The position numbers and the translations under genes were made by a program. The notes under the pieces are model-generated. The model was not told where the DNA came from and did not search any database. It was given only the letters and a program-made list of their open reading frames with translations. From a virus (taxonomy: Duplodnaviria; Caudoviricetes), in the IMG/VR virus record IMGVR_UViG_3300045107_000078, positions 1 through 53,992 of that record: a stretch of DNA of 53,992 bases; one strand, written 5' to 3'. Positions 39,301 to 46,983 of this stretch are shown here, one piece after another (position 1 is the first letter of the stretch; each line of letters opens with the position of its first letter).

Positions 39301-39464
39301 TTCGGAATGACGGTTACTCGCAGCAGTTCGCGCAGATGATTGACCTGCTGCAACTGATTGCCGACCGCGTGAAGACGCCATCGAACGTGACGGTTATAAC
39401 AAATCAACCTGTCGGTGGGATATTGTCTGACGTGGATAAATCTTATGGTATAATGTCAACGTAA
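30306..39464 (+). CDS. tape measure protein fused to an N-terminal putative two-barrel (DPBB) virion RNA polymerase
   Basis: TMP position; C-terminal half has Gly/Ala TM-like segments and a Gln-rich coiled coil; N-terminal part has K-x3-K...DMP, HEPTI, SDTDADQ, GK..G..YN and Q.GVD motifs; AAGGAG RBS before ATG 30306. Confidence 0.8.
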   Translation: MANSYDFSSFKGVGVKRNAQLNEAFQQAGIDPTDLHGIAPTDSAFQQVAQRLDNPQLRSLYWNNVVPNLSRNIPMGGTEYVAKVMPQVQPPMGTPNLPSPTGDDRFRPLVAHPLNRLNMPDAESPLLGTWERHNQRLFNNVPVMQRDRFLNPSLQTPVDAPVQQKDATWRNQFQDTLGSVEGLTYKHEGDGVFRVQANGREALVRASSGTGMIGVSNTDSRGGWAVIPHVFDPEKRGITSNMDTLRSTLSSWASQDEGERGRSLFNMATKRGGFYMSNDDLRSIVNETQAATSVYLGKVPQGQMSSKVYEERLAAVRQLPGYEDADKFGGGNYAFSQNAVYGAAYMTNEQGAYATEKAKMLRASGRGHLGTPMMGIGLPMQEISAPFATERQARGLTGYVAMKTADVLGDLPQTTGIAYTSIPMVGKSHEYEITAEQAKGLSVGDIFMRKDANIPAVAEGYGNRRGTGEFKDIFGKLPSGAAHSIEDIQQLENGNYRVSVMSYQNQFSLKHYTKTSAVQMDSADMPAGSQVWSVMESPARVAAEAQAMIAATYPTRASFQSWLMANATASMGGDAAQQFVQQNYVDGRLTPALEPMVTQWATQEFYDGMQLAERQNRPVSTEHMNALMGLAREGQSGLSFEGDETPENLRLSFKGQTVPLFEGLRQNEGGDGYMADVFRTPSRTYQTLINPRPEGRRDTMNVSAEKLDLIRTANPGLYQALTAQDAAGLLSPNPARHAMLSYLANSSDESRAKLEASNGIARFSGEDLAAARQAVTEAGVDPENKAAFNKAVMQHLGKQYMQDGKRQALEVQIGDQSYVLPNPATFANTIQATKNGGMSGGPGGAMLNLLNAASDYQLEGTEKAAENAQKIAGRAMEKFGDYMNKPGVKQAAKGMILPKYGGLTQTVEGFGLNEAIASIKDLTRQTGMSEDEIRELQKQGKLAVAFSHEPTINSEWQNNLNLRVGSFVEDLVKANDPRAAALKNLRGGIAVSTEANQLMVSDTDADQYNAFINYRKDKKTGQLVGADLDITSPDEILRRARLQPGSEMLKLQGDIGKRAAVLPALAGEQMDSEAINKTIKYLSGADISAQNEAERLGKASAGPAYNQLNRYLGNIARRVSGSLFGEASPQQKMVSEAAQLVAGTGYQAGVDYENADPHLQNLIKASQSFVMSSKYGDKPFTFGVDENGNDVKRKFESRDDALGYLHNELVNVQGIDTEGNWGEKFGRFATRLMMPYNALGNQELEDKALDVVQRAHTAGGFDKDTAAEFQGLFGAKSWTDIARGAAAGEQEGDLSKTSAFMSMMMGASGLTQEKQGTAATWGLQGKLSGFARQSKEFFNSFASKRNRDQTMGAALRAAETHNLGGSAQRLLDMYGSQALPPSPAEQLTSRVQELESRPLEQLSDNERQELFSAYENLSEAGRNNMQSADAGGAGMGGGDLPPAAPGMMPVDDGGEGSGGGQGNSRTGSEGGGTVHNHFSKFPLGELTSDDVRSAKQYQNLLSRYAAASPDERKLFNSREIIRAHRTLEGVVGKGQRWMRELGKGTDMVAPKGFGDFMETFGKDGGAGVDSLLEQTKGDVGALRDEQIMARATGTGSTKNRTVTSREADQAIGTLNSFMEKIGSGAEDLQKWVDGLGDLSKLTDEHTKQVKQLVTEYPKMISTFDKALKIAEAQGEANVDVNTGRVLAKQPELEQMKGWTGSEGFQKLVQALDANVRNSSVEGAFDTGGKYDLSGMSKMGILTAMGKQGREMREQARGEGVLSDGLMGKAEGAAGFAGRLTQSFFDPGTLWGLRALQGQFISPVVRAAKEYQNQAATIDLMGLQSGQISYDSLMNGQYGQIMRRENGLRSARIAMGQQADSAWGGILDATLGREAGQGIGGTLAAVGMPAVGIGLAASRLLKNADVANSGSWGAGIGLGVAAAGMLGYSLSNANNYQAIGDFMGQGAGLNRLLSNPAGAFGLYGAGLKAMFGQYSAEDTAKLQGGTFFNAAVAAAANGENMTDLYQNMQYTGDVTMGPIKTGQISGTVASFGFSPDEFRSAVTSQWIKNQSSALAISEEQASQLFGTLAQYGGQFDQNGFMQMPSAQRARQLMEAQLKGADVGGMVQNYIRANGQNQMDRSATGFALGQILDQTTGMNPEQLGRAGWGLGAAADLNTVRSRFNMSRLGTDYTDKFFQTPQTMDYITNEYTPWVGQRMTSSPLASEDDLLNTYVKQAGEAGQFVIADQLKNSKDASYSLAGRLVAQYGAGNVNTKRVVSQLQSIVPSMVLSGAGDYVTPVQDFLSQGTTLGDKSIGQLNMLSSNATQLYSRGVDLSQLAQQNVAASGQAQTFDNFVKAVDKLTGALGKEGAVQDIEYQSLAAPMRESLNLSRMMVGRQGVSEDDLGTNKLLADPIKGRQYLAVDATRNSIQFNPISAYTGNFFNGLQSLIENGQGGEAVRQSQAFDQFSGMTTNYMAYGMSAPQAAMAATQAAALPQVQQIQLQKAASGDRMMLSYLASQGKIDSKYQTIDMNTGMPMGYDNMSRAQYNQIADNLKGTSFEKYMPSYETAQNGIYGIQDQIYQVQQQAAAASYYYGHMGRELGMASQLGGGTLDEHGFVQGGDNLAGWASWAKKAGIKNPNVGNGMSYWQIQDAQDKMQIEQQNFNIQQGNQNMALQWEQFNLNNQQWNENYDLSKRQFAFNTSNARWQMGFQRQEQVTQQQWQREDFAFNRSQSQLHFGWQMEDFDRNAAFARGRERLDLERQRERATIDYSMQQSRQDTQEKRFEQQVKWADELYKKNKDKFEQETKFQQESLDLQKKHHDEDMALQAKRLGMSEEAHQKQVQWIQEEQKLNEQKRILDRQGAIANNNISERAAAAAAAAAKKVAELGKNVDALQQGVDRTNKSIDLNVAKGRVFEDVINGMGGSFDKVGGAFKTMGESLGPVATNTSVLNSQIPIYSNNLLTLSQSLQRFFTNLQNYVNSLKPPGSNGTTSGGTSSPTQGIKTSGDSAIGYSASRLDVRNDGYSQQFAQMIDLLQLIADRVKTPSNVTVITNQPVGGILSDVDKSYGIMST

Positions 39465-39478
39465 GGAGAACCGGTTCT
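39444..39478 (+). promoter_or_regulatory. extended -10 promoter inside the TMP 3' end, with palindrome between RBS and start codon
   Basis: TATGGTATAATGT, then AAGGAGAACCGGTTCTCGTG. Confidence 0.65.
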
Positions 39479-39479
39479 C

Positions 39480-39920
39480 GTGGCAACTCAAAACCACATT
39501 CACTTGAGCACAACCATCGGAGGGGCGCCTGAGAACGCCCCTTCCCTTAAATGGACCACTGTTGACCGTGACAAGATCAATAGTGTAATCATTTCCCCGA
39601 AACGCTCCCTCAGTGGCAAGCTGTATACCCATGTCCTAGAGTCTGCTGGCAACCCCATCGTATTCAAGGACATGGCCTATATTCTGGTCGTGAAAGCGGA
39701 GCAGTCCTACACACTCGACCAGCGCGAGGCGCAGCTGTTAGCGATGCTGGGCCGCACGGTCTACCTCGTCGATCACAACCATCCGGCAGACAACGCTGAC
39801 CACACGGCCTACCGCCGGACCATGCTGTTCGACCAGATGGGCGAGATGAAGAAGTTTGACCCCGCCCTATCCCGTTATTACGTGTCCATCCATCTGACGG
39901 ATAACGACACCGTACCCTAA
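39480..39920 (+). CDS. putative distal tail (Dit-like) protein
   Basis: First gene after TMP; 146 aa; RSLSGKL motif. Confidence 0.55.
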   Translation: MATQNHIHLSTTIGGAPENAPSLKWTTVDRDKINSVIISPKRSLSGKLYTHVLESAGNPIVFKDMAYILVVKAEQSYTLDQREAQLLAMLGRTVYLVDHNHPADNADHTAYRRTMLFDQMGEMKKFDPALSRYYVSIHLTDNDTVP

Positions 39921-39930
39921 AGGAGAACTG

Positions 39931-42900
39931 ATGATTTCCCAAGCTGAATGCGGCCTGAGCCTGACTGACTATAACAATCTCAAAGCCGCTGTCACCAATC
40001 CTGTATGGAATGTTGTTGCCCACCGCACCAATCCCGATTTTGCCTTATGGCTTACCTCCCCCAATACAGCCGACAACGACACGGCGACCGATTGGGATGT
40101 TGTGCAGCTGTCAGGCTATCTTTTCCGTGCTCCAACGCCTTCAGCATTAGAGCGCATTGATCTTGCAGCAGGAACAATCACTACGCTGGCCGGTTATTCA
40201 GCCCTCGCAAACGCCTATAAAGTTCGGCTTGGCGTATCCGGCAGCACGTTGTATGTATTTGCCCAAAAGTCAACAGATGAAACAATCTGGACGTGCAATA
40301 GTGCCGATAATGGCGCCAGCTTCTCAGCATGGACAAACACTGGCAATGGCGGTACGACCAGTGCGTTTTCGCAGATAACTCCATCGGGTGGTACAGCACT
40401 AGCCTCTAGTGCAGCCAGTGGATTCCCAGCGTCCAACGCTTTCGATACGGACACGGCAAGCGGATGGAAGCCAACTGCTGCATCGCCGCAATATGTTCAA
40501 TACACCTTCGCGGCTGACGTGCTAATTCAATATGCCTATATCCTGGCGGACAATCTTCGCGCCGGCGGCACCATCACTGTGATTGGCCTCACGGCTGCCA
40601 ATGTTGCCACTACGCTTCTGACTTACACAGTCGCCAATGATAACTATGGCAATGGGAAGTGGTCGCCTTTTATTGATTTCTCGTCGAACACCAACCTCTA
40701 TCGCTCTTACCGTTTCCAGTTTGCGGGTTACAGCACCGGTCTGAATGTTTCACTGATTCAGCTGTATTCAAACAAGACGGTAAAAGCGGTCAATGACTTT
40801 GTTGCCAATGGCAGCAGCTTAATCCGCGCCACGCCAACCGTGCTCGATGGCGCCAGTGTCAATCTCCAGAATGAGGGCCTAAATCCGCACTACCCTGTCG
40901 TATCAATTGCCTTTGTCCCTCTATCCAATGGCAACCTCTATGTTGTGGAGGGCGAACAACCAGGCAACTCAACCGTTGTGGTGGATGGGACAACAACCAC
41001 ACAAAAAACCTACGTGGCTTCTGGAATCTACTCTTACCTGGGACCAGGCCGTAGGCACAGCATTGACCACGTTGAGCCTATTGATATGGTTGACCACTCA
41101 GACAGCTTTTTATTCAGGAAAAATGTCAGAACATCGGTGGTGAACAGCAAGGTTTATGTAACAGCCTACACATCCGATGGTTCTACCGATTATCCTGTCA
41201 CTGGATACAAGGTTTATACCTATGAGCAGAACCAGTTCTGGAGCGCAGGAACATTCCTGCCGCTGCCTTCTGGTTACGGCACTTCTGGTGTGAGGCTTTT
41301 CCAGACAGGTGAGTATGTGTATGCAGTCCAGAGAGGGCTCGTTTATCGCTCCCCATCAACGCGCTTCTTTGGTTATTCTGCTGCCGCCTATCAGACTGAC
41401 ATTAGCAGTTATATTGACGGCATGGAGATGAACCATGACCAGAACTATCAGATTGGCCTTATCCTCCACAATGCCGATGGCACTTTCAATAACCACAGCA
41501 TCCTCAATAAGGCTAACACAGTGTCGCTGGTCCTCCAGCATGGCTATAACATTGGCGGAGTGCCGGTGCTAATTCAGACAGGCATTGCCGAAGTAGATAG
41601 CTACGATTGGCAATATGACCTTCCTACCCAAATGCTGCGGCTGACTGCTCAGGGATATATGGTGAAGGTGGCAGATCGGTTCCGCAGCGAAGATGCTATT
41701 GTTCGGAATACCATGATGGTAGGAATGGACGATTTCGCTGGCGGCTCATCGCAGTACGGGGGGCTGGGCCATGTCGAAATTCTGTCTGGCACATGGGTAA
41801 CAGCCAGCAATCTTCTCACTGCCACGACTGTCAAAAATGGAACAACACTGGCCTTCAATACCTGGCTCAATAACTGTGCAAATGGCGTGGTCGAGTGGAC
41901 CATGACACCTAGTTCAGCATTTCCGACTGCGCAGTTTTCCCAAGGCGCCGGTATTGTGTTCCGTGCTATAGACGATAAGAACTACTACTATGTTCTGATT
42001 GTGCGGAACGCTGGCGCATACTACTGTTCTGTTTGGCGCGTCATCAATGGGGTGCAAACGCTTCTCACTTTCTCATCGTCGTTCCCAGGTGGTGCAACAC
42101 AGACGGACAGTTTCCGTTTAATCTTCTCTGGCAACAACATCCAGATTATCACTCAGCCCGCCAGCGGAACCGCTGCTATCATCTTTAGTTATCAAGAGCC
42201 GCTTGCTGTGTCAGCTGTGCCTCCATACAAGCGTGAGTTCTCGTTGCTGCCACCGCAGCGGGGTTTTGTTGGGTACATCACACGTCTGACAACTGCAAGC
42301 GTGGCCTCGGTCAGCTTCTCCAACGTGCGTTGCTACAATCTCGATTCGATACCAGAGAGCATTGAGAGCGTGAGTAATCGGCTCTTTGGATTGGCGCAAG
42401 TTAAGGCTGAGATTGACGATTTCGGGTTCCTCAGTGGCAGCTGGGCTGATACCAACCTCGCCAGCAAATCCATTGTTGGTTCATCAATCACGGTTACAGG
42501 AAGCGGTTCTCTGTTCGGAAAAACTATCCGGACTGACTTCACGCCGCCGTCAGGGTCTTGGCGACTGGATTTCGAAAGCACTGGTTATCCTGCTTTCGTG
42601 ATGAACCTCAATGGCGGCGGACGACTGGATATTCGCCCATCCGGATGGTCATACGCCCCAGGGGACGTAATTTCCAACAGTTCATACTCCATGTACGACA
42701 CTATCTCGAACACGAATGCGAACAAACGCTATTCAGTTGTCTTCATGGAGGTGCCAGTTGGTAGCAGTGATGCGGGGTCTGATAACTGGTATGTACTAGC
42801 ATTTTTCGCGCAGAATATCTTAACTGGATTCTACGCTGAACGAAAAAGCGCCAACATGCTATTGACATCACAAATTGGCTTTGGTGTCTACGGCGCCGCC

Positions 42901-43473
42901 AATTCCTACACGCTCAATAATGTTCGCATGTCCGCTTTGCCAGACATCGTAAATGCTTACACGGTAGACCCCAGCGAGGCGCCGCTGAATGCCCTCAATC
43001 GCATTCTCGATGGCCGCAACATCAAGTTGTGGACCCGTTGGAACGGGAATATCAAGTTGTCGCGTGTGGATAACACAGCAGTGCAGAGCACGATTAGCTA
43101 TATTGAAACGAAGGCGCGGTCTTTCGAGCCGCGCACTATTCGCACTTTCGTCCGGCTCTTAGGCGCTTACGCGACAGCTGAATTCATTGACCCTTCTCTC
43201 GTCGCTAGTTATGGCACCATTTTCGAAGAGGTAAACAATCCATACCTGATGTCCTCGGCTGAATGCTATACCTTTGCCAAGCAGTACATTCGTCTTACGC
43301 AGCAACAGGCGGAACAAATCGTTATCACGACCTCCTACTCCCCACTGCTGGAGCCGGAAGATCATATATCGGTCAACGGTGAGGAATGGCTTATCAATAG
43401 CATCAGCACATCAGTCAACCCGACACAGATGGTCTCCACCATATCGGCACGTAAGTATGTAGCGAGGACATGA
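39931..43473 (+). CDS. tail tip/hub protein with discoidin-like and lectin-like insertions
   Basis: ASS....ASNAFD.D...W....PQY...F...YR.YR discoidin/CBM32-like segment; beta-sandwich region; hub-like C-terminus (YG...EE...P.L.S, PLLEPED.I). Confidence 0.7.
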   Translation: MISQAECGLSLTDYNNLKAAVTNPVWNVVAHRTNPDFALWLTSPNTADNDTATDWDVVQLSGYLFRAPTPSALERIDLAAGTITTLAGYSALANAYKVRLGVSGSTLYVFAQKSTDETIWTCNSADNGASFSAWTNTGNGGTTSAFSQITPSGGTALASSAASGFPASNAFDTDTASGWKPTAASPQYVQYTFAADVLIQYAYILADNLRAGGTITVIGLTAANVATTLLTYTVANDNYGNGKWSPFIDFSSNTNLYRSYRFQFAGYSTGLNVSLIQLYSNKTVKAVNDFVANGSSLIRATPTVLDGASVNLQNEGLNPHYPVVSIAFVPLSNGNLYVVEGEQPGNSTVVVDGTTTTQKTYVASGIYSYLGPGRRHSIDHVEPIDMVDHSDSFLFRKNVRTSVVNSKVYVTAYTSDGSTDYPVTGYKVYTYEQNQFWSAGTFLPLPSGYGTSGVRLFQTGEYVYAVQRGLVYRSPSTRFFGYSAAAYQTDISSYIDGMEMNHDQNYQIGLILHNADGTFNNHSILNKANTVSLVLQHGYNIGGVPVLIQTGIAEVDSYDWQYDLPTQMLRLTAQGYMVKVADRFRSEDAIVRNTMMVGMDDFAGGSSQYGGLGHVEILSGTWVTASNLLTATTVKNGTTLAFNTWLNNCANGVVEWTMTPSSAFPTAQFSQGAGIVFRAIDDKNYYYVLIVRNAGAYYCSVWRVINGVQTLLTFSSSFPGGATQTDSFRLIFSGNNIQIITQPASGTAAIIFSYQEPLAVSAVPPYKREFSLLPPQRGFVGYITRLTTASVASVSFSNVRCYNLDSIPESIESVSNRLFGLAQVKAEIDDFGFLSGSWADTNLASKSIVGSSITVTGSGSLFGKTIRTDFTPPSGSWRLDFESTGYPAFVMNLNGGGRLDIRPSGWSYAPGDVISNSSYSMYDTISNTNANKRYSVVFMEVPVGSSDAGSDNWYVLAFFAQNILTGFYAERKSANMLLTSQIGFGVYGAANSYTLNNVRMSALPDIVNAYTVDPSEAPLNALNRILDGRNIKLWTRWNGNIKLSRVDNTAVQSTISYIETKARSFEPRTIRTFVRLLGAYATAEFIDPSLVASYGTIFEEVNNPYLMSSAECYTFAKQYIRLTQQQAEQIVITTSYSPLLEPEDHISVNGEEWLINSISTSVNPTQMVSTISARKYVART

Positions 43474-44261
43474 TGGATTTTAATGCGCTCAAAAACTTCA
43501 ACCGGCGGCTACAACCTTCCCAGCAAAAAACTGGCACAGTTATTTCTGTAGGCAGTCAAATTGCGATTGTTGAAGTGAAGGGGACTGGACAGATTCCGGT
43601 CATGATTTCACCCAGCAATCCGCCGACTGTTGGCAGTCAAGTAACCACTTACCGCCAGAGTATCAATGGCCCTTGGGTGCTTGGCAATGACTATAGCACT
43701 CCCCTGTTGGGCGAGGCAGCTTCGCGCCCATACCAATCTGGCCTGTTCTTTCCAACGGTCATCCTGTCTGCTGCGCAGCCGGATTATGTAATTAATCTCC
43801 CGAATTGGGCTGATCGTGTACGACTGGAAGTGACATTGAGGACGGACGCTGCCGCAACGAATGACGCACTTATATTGCGCTTCAATAATGACGCAACGGC
43901 AGCAAATTACGTCAGTGAAGCATTTCTCGTCCGCGGTGCGGGTCTCACAGCCGCTGACCAGACTGCCCTAGCGGGTATCTATCTATACAATGCATGGCCT
44001 GGAGGCACTGCCCCAGCTGCCAGCTACGGCACGGCCACAATCTGGCTGGAGAATCTGAGACGGCTTGACCTCTACCGCAGTGTCAAATGGACCCATTGGG
44101 GACCACGCAACCTTGTTGCCAGTGCCTTCTTCTATGGTGCGGGCGCGGGCGTGTGGAAGAACCAGACCGACCCGATTGCGAGTGTCACCATTCTGTCTAA
44201 CACTGGCGCTAATCTAGTGGCCGGCTGTTCCTTCGTGGCCTACGGCTATGAGGAGAATTAA
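43470..44261 (+). CDS. minor tail / receptor-binding protein
   Basis: OB-like N-terminus (GTV...P.VG..V); LRTD.......LRFNND....Y and W....PI.S.TI......AG..F..YG tail-fibre-type C-terminus. Confidence 0.65.
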   Translation: MMDFNALKNFNRRLQPSQQKTGTVISVGSQIAIVEVKGTGQIPVMISPSNPPTVGSQVTTYRQSINGPWVLGNDYSTPLLGEAASRPYQSGLFFPTVILSAAQPDYVINLPNWADRVRLEVTLRTDAAATNDALILRFNNDATAANYVSEAFLVRGAGLTAADQTALAGIYLYNAWPGGTAPAASYGTATIWLENLRRLDLYRSVKWTHWGPRNLVASAFFYGAGAGVWKNQTDPIASVTILSNTGANLVAGCSFVAYGYEEN

Positions 44262-44272
44262 CCAATCTACTG

Positions 44273-44302
44273 GTGACATGCAAGGCTGTTTGGCCTTATA
44301 AT
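44273..44302 (+). promoter_or_regulatory. sigma70-like promoter upstream of holin
   Basis: GTGACA-N18-TATAAT; near-palindrome AGAACCGGTTAT overlaps the holin ATG. Confidence 0.55.
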
Positions 44303-44334
44303 GTTGGTATCGTATCACAAACGGAGAACCGGTT

Positions 44335-44754
44335 ATGCAACCAATCAGCCCTGAAGTTCAGAATTTCGTTTTCCTGGTCCTGTCGGGCCTCATTACCTTC
44401 TTCACGCCCATTGTGCTGGACGAAGTACGCAGGTTCATCGCTGTGCAGCGGGCGAACGCGAAAGCCAAACTCACCCAGGCTCAGTGGGACCAAGTGACGG
44501 CGTGGACCGATTTTCTGGTCAAAGCCGCCGAACAGTCCGACCTGACCGGCGCCATTGTTCGCACCGGCCAAGAGAAGAAGCAGTATGTCCTCGGTGAACT
44601 CCAGAAGCTTATCTCTGGCGCAGGCTTTAACCTGGTGGATGTCTCCAAACTCGGAGACCTGACTGAGAGCCGCCTGCTGGACAAGGTTCACGAACCGCTG
44701 CCCGTTATTCTGGCAAGCGCAGAGACATTGAAGACAGGAGGTTCCGGCTCGTAA
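44335..44754 (+). CDS. holin, LL-H family-like
   Basis: Single N-terminal TM; LVKAAEQ....GQEKKQYV motif. Confidence 0.75.
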   Translation: MQPISPEVQNFVFLVLSGLITFFTPIVLDEVRRFIAVQRANAKAKLTQAQWDQVTAWTDFLVKAAEQSDLTGAIVRTGQEKKQYVLGELQKLISGAGFNLVDVSKLGDLTESRLLDKVHEPLPVILASAETLKTGGSGS

Positions 44755-44778
44755 TCGAGAACCGGTTCTGAACACACC

Positions 44779-45414
44779 ATGAGCTATCCTTTCCTGGCGC
44801 AAATTTCCGGAGAATTGACCCAGCAGGTATATAAGGACAACGGCCTGATGGGTCTGGCAGTTCTTGTCCTGATCGGCGTGTGTGTCACGCTGCTGTGGCT
44901 GCTGAAATCGCAGGCGCGGCAGAACAAGGACCAGATTGCTGCATTCACTGAGCAGTTGAAACAGGCCGATAAGCGGGCAACGGATGTCGAAGACCGCCTC
45001 ATGACGCGGATGGACGCTTCCGACCGGCAGAAGGACACTGAACTGGCGGAAAAGCGCCAGGAGATTGCTCAACTCAAAGAGCAGGTAAAAGGTCTCGAAG
45101 ACCGTCAGCGGCAGAACGCACAGGAGCGGGCCACCATCGAAGGCCGCTTCGAGGAATACAAGCTGGCGACCGATAAGCGCATCTCAGAACTCACACAGAA
45201 GCTGGATGACACCAAGCAGCTGCATCTGGCCGAAGTGCGTGAGAACGTGCGCCTTGGCAATGCCAACGTCGCCCTGCAAGAAGTCAACAAGACGCTGACG
45301 GAAGACAACAAACGCCTTCTCGCTGAGAACTCGCAGCTGAAGCAGGAAGTTCAAGCCCTGCGCCAGCGCGTCGAGCGACTGGAATCCATCACCTCACTGG
45401 AGAAAAATACGTGA
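44779..45414 (+). CDS. membrane-anchored long coiled-coil protein (possible lysis accessory)
   Basis: GLMGLAVLVLIGVCVTLLWLL TM then heptad repeats; adjacent to holin. Confidence 0.65.
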   Translation: MSYPFLAQISGELTQQVYKDNGLMGLAVLVLIGVCVTLLWLLKSQARQNKDQIAAFTEQLKQADKRATDVEDRLMTRMDASDRQKDTELAEKRQEIAQLKEQVKGLEDRQRQNAQERATIEGRFEEYKLATDKRISELTQKLDDTKQLHLAEVRENVRLGNANVALQEVNKTLTEDNKRLLAENSQLKQEVQALRQRVERLESITSLEKNT

Positions 45415-46145
45415 ACATTGTTTCCGCAACGATTGTATGTGACAGAAAAGCATACAGTCTCCTGCCCTGCATCGAAGCCCTCAATGCCGTCCCTGAGTTG
45501 GACTATATGTACCTCAACATTGAGACGAACGCACCGGAACGTTACACCGATGTGCGTTCGTTCCTTTTCAACCACGCGCTGCGCCCCTTCGACTTTGACT
45601 ACTGGAACGTCACCAGTTCCTGGCGCCCACGTCAGAAGTACGATCAGGACAACGGAGTGCGGTTGTATCCCATCATCACGGCCCGCAACATGGCAATCGA
45701 CTACGCCCTGCACCGGCAGGCCGACTGGCTGTTCTTCGTGGACAGCGACGTGATTGTGCCGCCGGACAGCCTGACGAAGCTGCTGGCGCTGGGGCGTCCT
45801 CTCGTTGGGGGTCTCGTGCCTGGGCGCGGCGCTCACAGCCACGTCAACTACGTCTTCGGGCAGTGGGACGCGACCGACGAAGTACTCATCACGAAGCACG
45901 GCACGATGGGCTGCTGCCTGATTCACAAGGACCTGTTTCAGTTCATCCGCTTCCGTCAGGGGCCACATCCAATCCGGAAAGAGGTCTGGCTGTCCGAGGA
46001 CCCCTGCTACGCTGCTGATGCGGAATATGCGGGTCGCGCCAATGCATGGTACATCCACACCGGCGTGGTCTGCGGCCACATCGACAACCCCGACCATCCC
46101 CTCACTGGCGACGGCGCCATCAATGATTACGAGGTTACGCAATGA
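45411..46145 (+). CDS. GT-A (GT2-like) glycosyltransferase
   Basis: ARN, WLFFVDSD, GCCLIH, SED..Y, V.CGH. Confidence 0.85.
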   Translation: MNIVSATIVCDRKAYSLLPCIEALNAVPELDYMYLNIETNAPERYTDVRSFLFNHALRPFDFDYWNVTSSWRPRQKYDQDNGVRLYPIITARNMAIDYALHRQADWLFFVDSDVIVPPDSLTKLLALGRPLVGGLVPGRGAHSHVNYVFGQWDATDEVLITKHGTMGCCLIHKDLFQFIRFRQGPHPIRKEVWLSEDPCYAADAEYAGRANAWYIHTGVVCGHIDNPDHPLTGDGAINDYEVTQ

Positions 46146-46531
46146 CTGACACGCAGAAGTCCTGGCTGGAAGAGGCTCAGGATGTGACGCTCAATTCGCG
46201 CCAGCAGGATTACGGGCACCCCCTCATCAACTTCGCCCGCGTTGCTGGCCTGTGGACGCCCTACCTGCGCTCACGCGGGAAGCTGGCGGACGGCGAGTAC
46301 ATCACCCCCATTGAGGTGGCGTGGCTGATGGTGCTGTTCAAGGTGGCCCGCGAGGTCAACATCCCCAAGCGGGACAACGGCGTGGACGCCATCGGATACA
46401 TCTCGTGTCTCGACCGGATGAACGAGTACATGAAGCAGCTGGGCTATGAAAAGGGCATGGCTGCGTTCGACGATATGTGTGAAGCAGAGGCTATCCGCCT
46501 CTATGAGCGGCTGGAGTTGGAACTGTCATGA
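46142..46531 (+). CDS. DUF6378-type protein (nucleotide-metabolism associated)
   Basis: R..DYG.P..NF.R.A.LW...M.L.K.AR......D..VD..GY. Confidence 0.8.
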   Translation: MTDTQKSWLEEAQDVTLNSRQQDYGHPLINFARVAGLWTPYLRSRGKLADGEYITPIEVAWLMVLFKVAREVNIPKRDNGVDAIGYISCLDRMNEYMKQLGYEKGMAAFDDMCEAEAIRLYERLELELS

Positions 46532-46983
46532 GCGACCACTACCCACTGAGCAGCAATGGTATTTTTGCGAAACGGCTGCTGGATGCGCTGGGCATTTTCA
46601 GAGACCGGCGCATCGCCAAAATCGAGATCACTGTCACCGCGCCCAACAAGGCTTGCGTGAAGGTCACAGAACTAGTGTCTGATGATGTGGGAATGGCCTT
46701 CAAACCCATCGTGCATACCTATGAGAAGGACGTGCCGCTGGAGTTTTGCAAGGCTCTCAATGAGGCAATTGGGATGACGTCAGACGTTGGCGCCCAGCAG
46801 GTCTCCGTTGTCGTCGAGGCAAATCAGCCGCTCATGGTTTCAATGACACGAGTGGCCGACGACCGACTGGAGGACGTGAATTGGCAGGAATTGGCACTGC
46901 TCACCAAGCCGCCAGACGATGATTTCGACGCCGCTCTCAGGGCGGCTTTTCGAGGTATACAGAGAGGTATGAACAATGAGTGA
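46528..46983 (+). CDS. hypothetical protein
   Basis: ATGA coupling. Confidence 0.6.
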   Translation: MSDHYPLSSNGIFAKRLLDALGIFRDRRIAKIEITVTAPNKACVKVTELVSDDVGMAFKPIVHTYEKDVPLEFCKALNEAIGMTSDVGAQQVSVVVEANQPLMVSMTRVADDRLEDVNWQELALLTKPPDDDFDAALRAAFRGIQRGMNNE

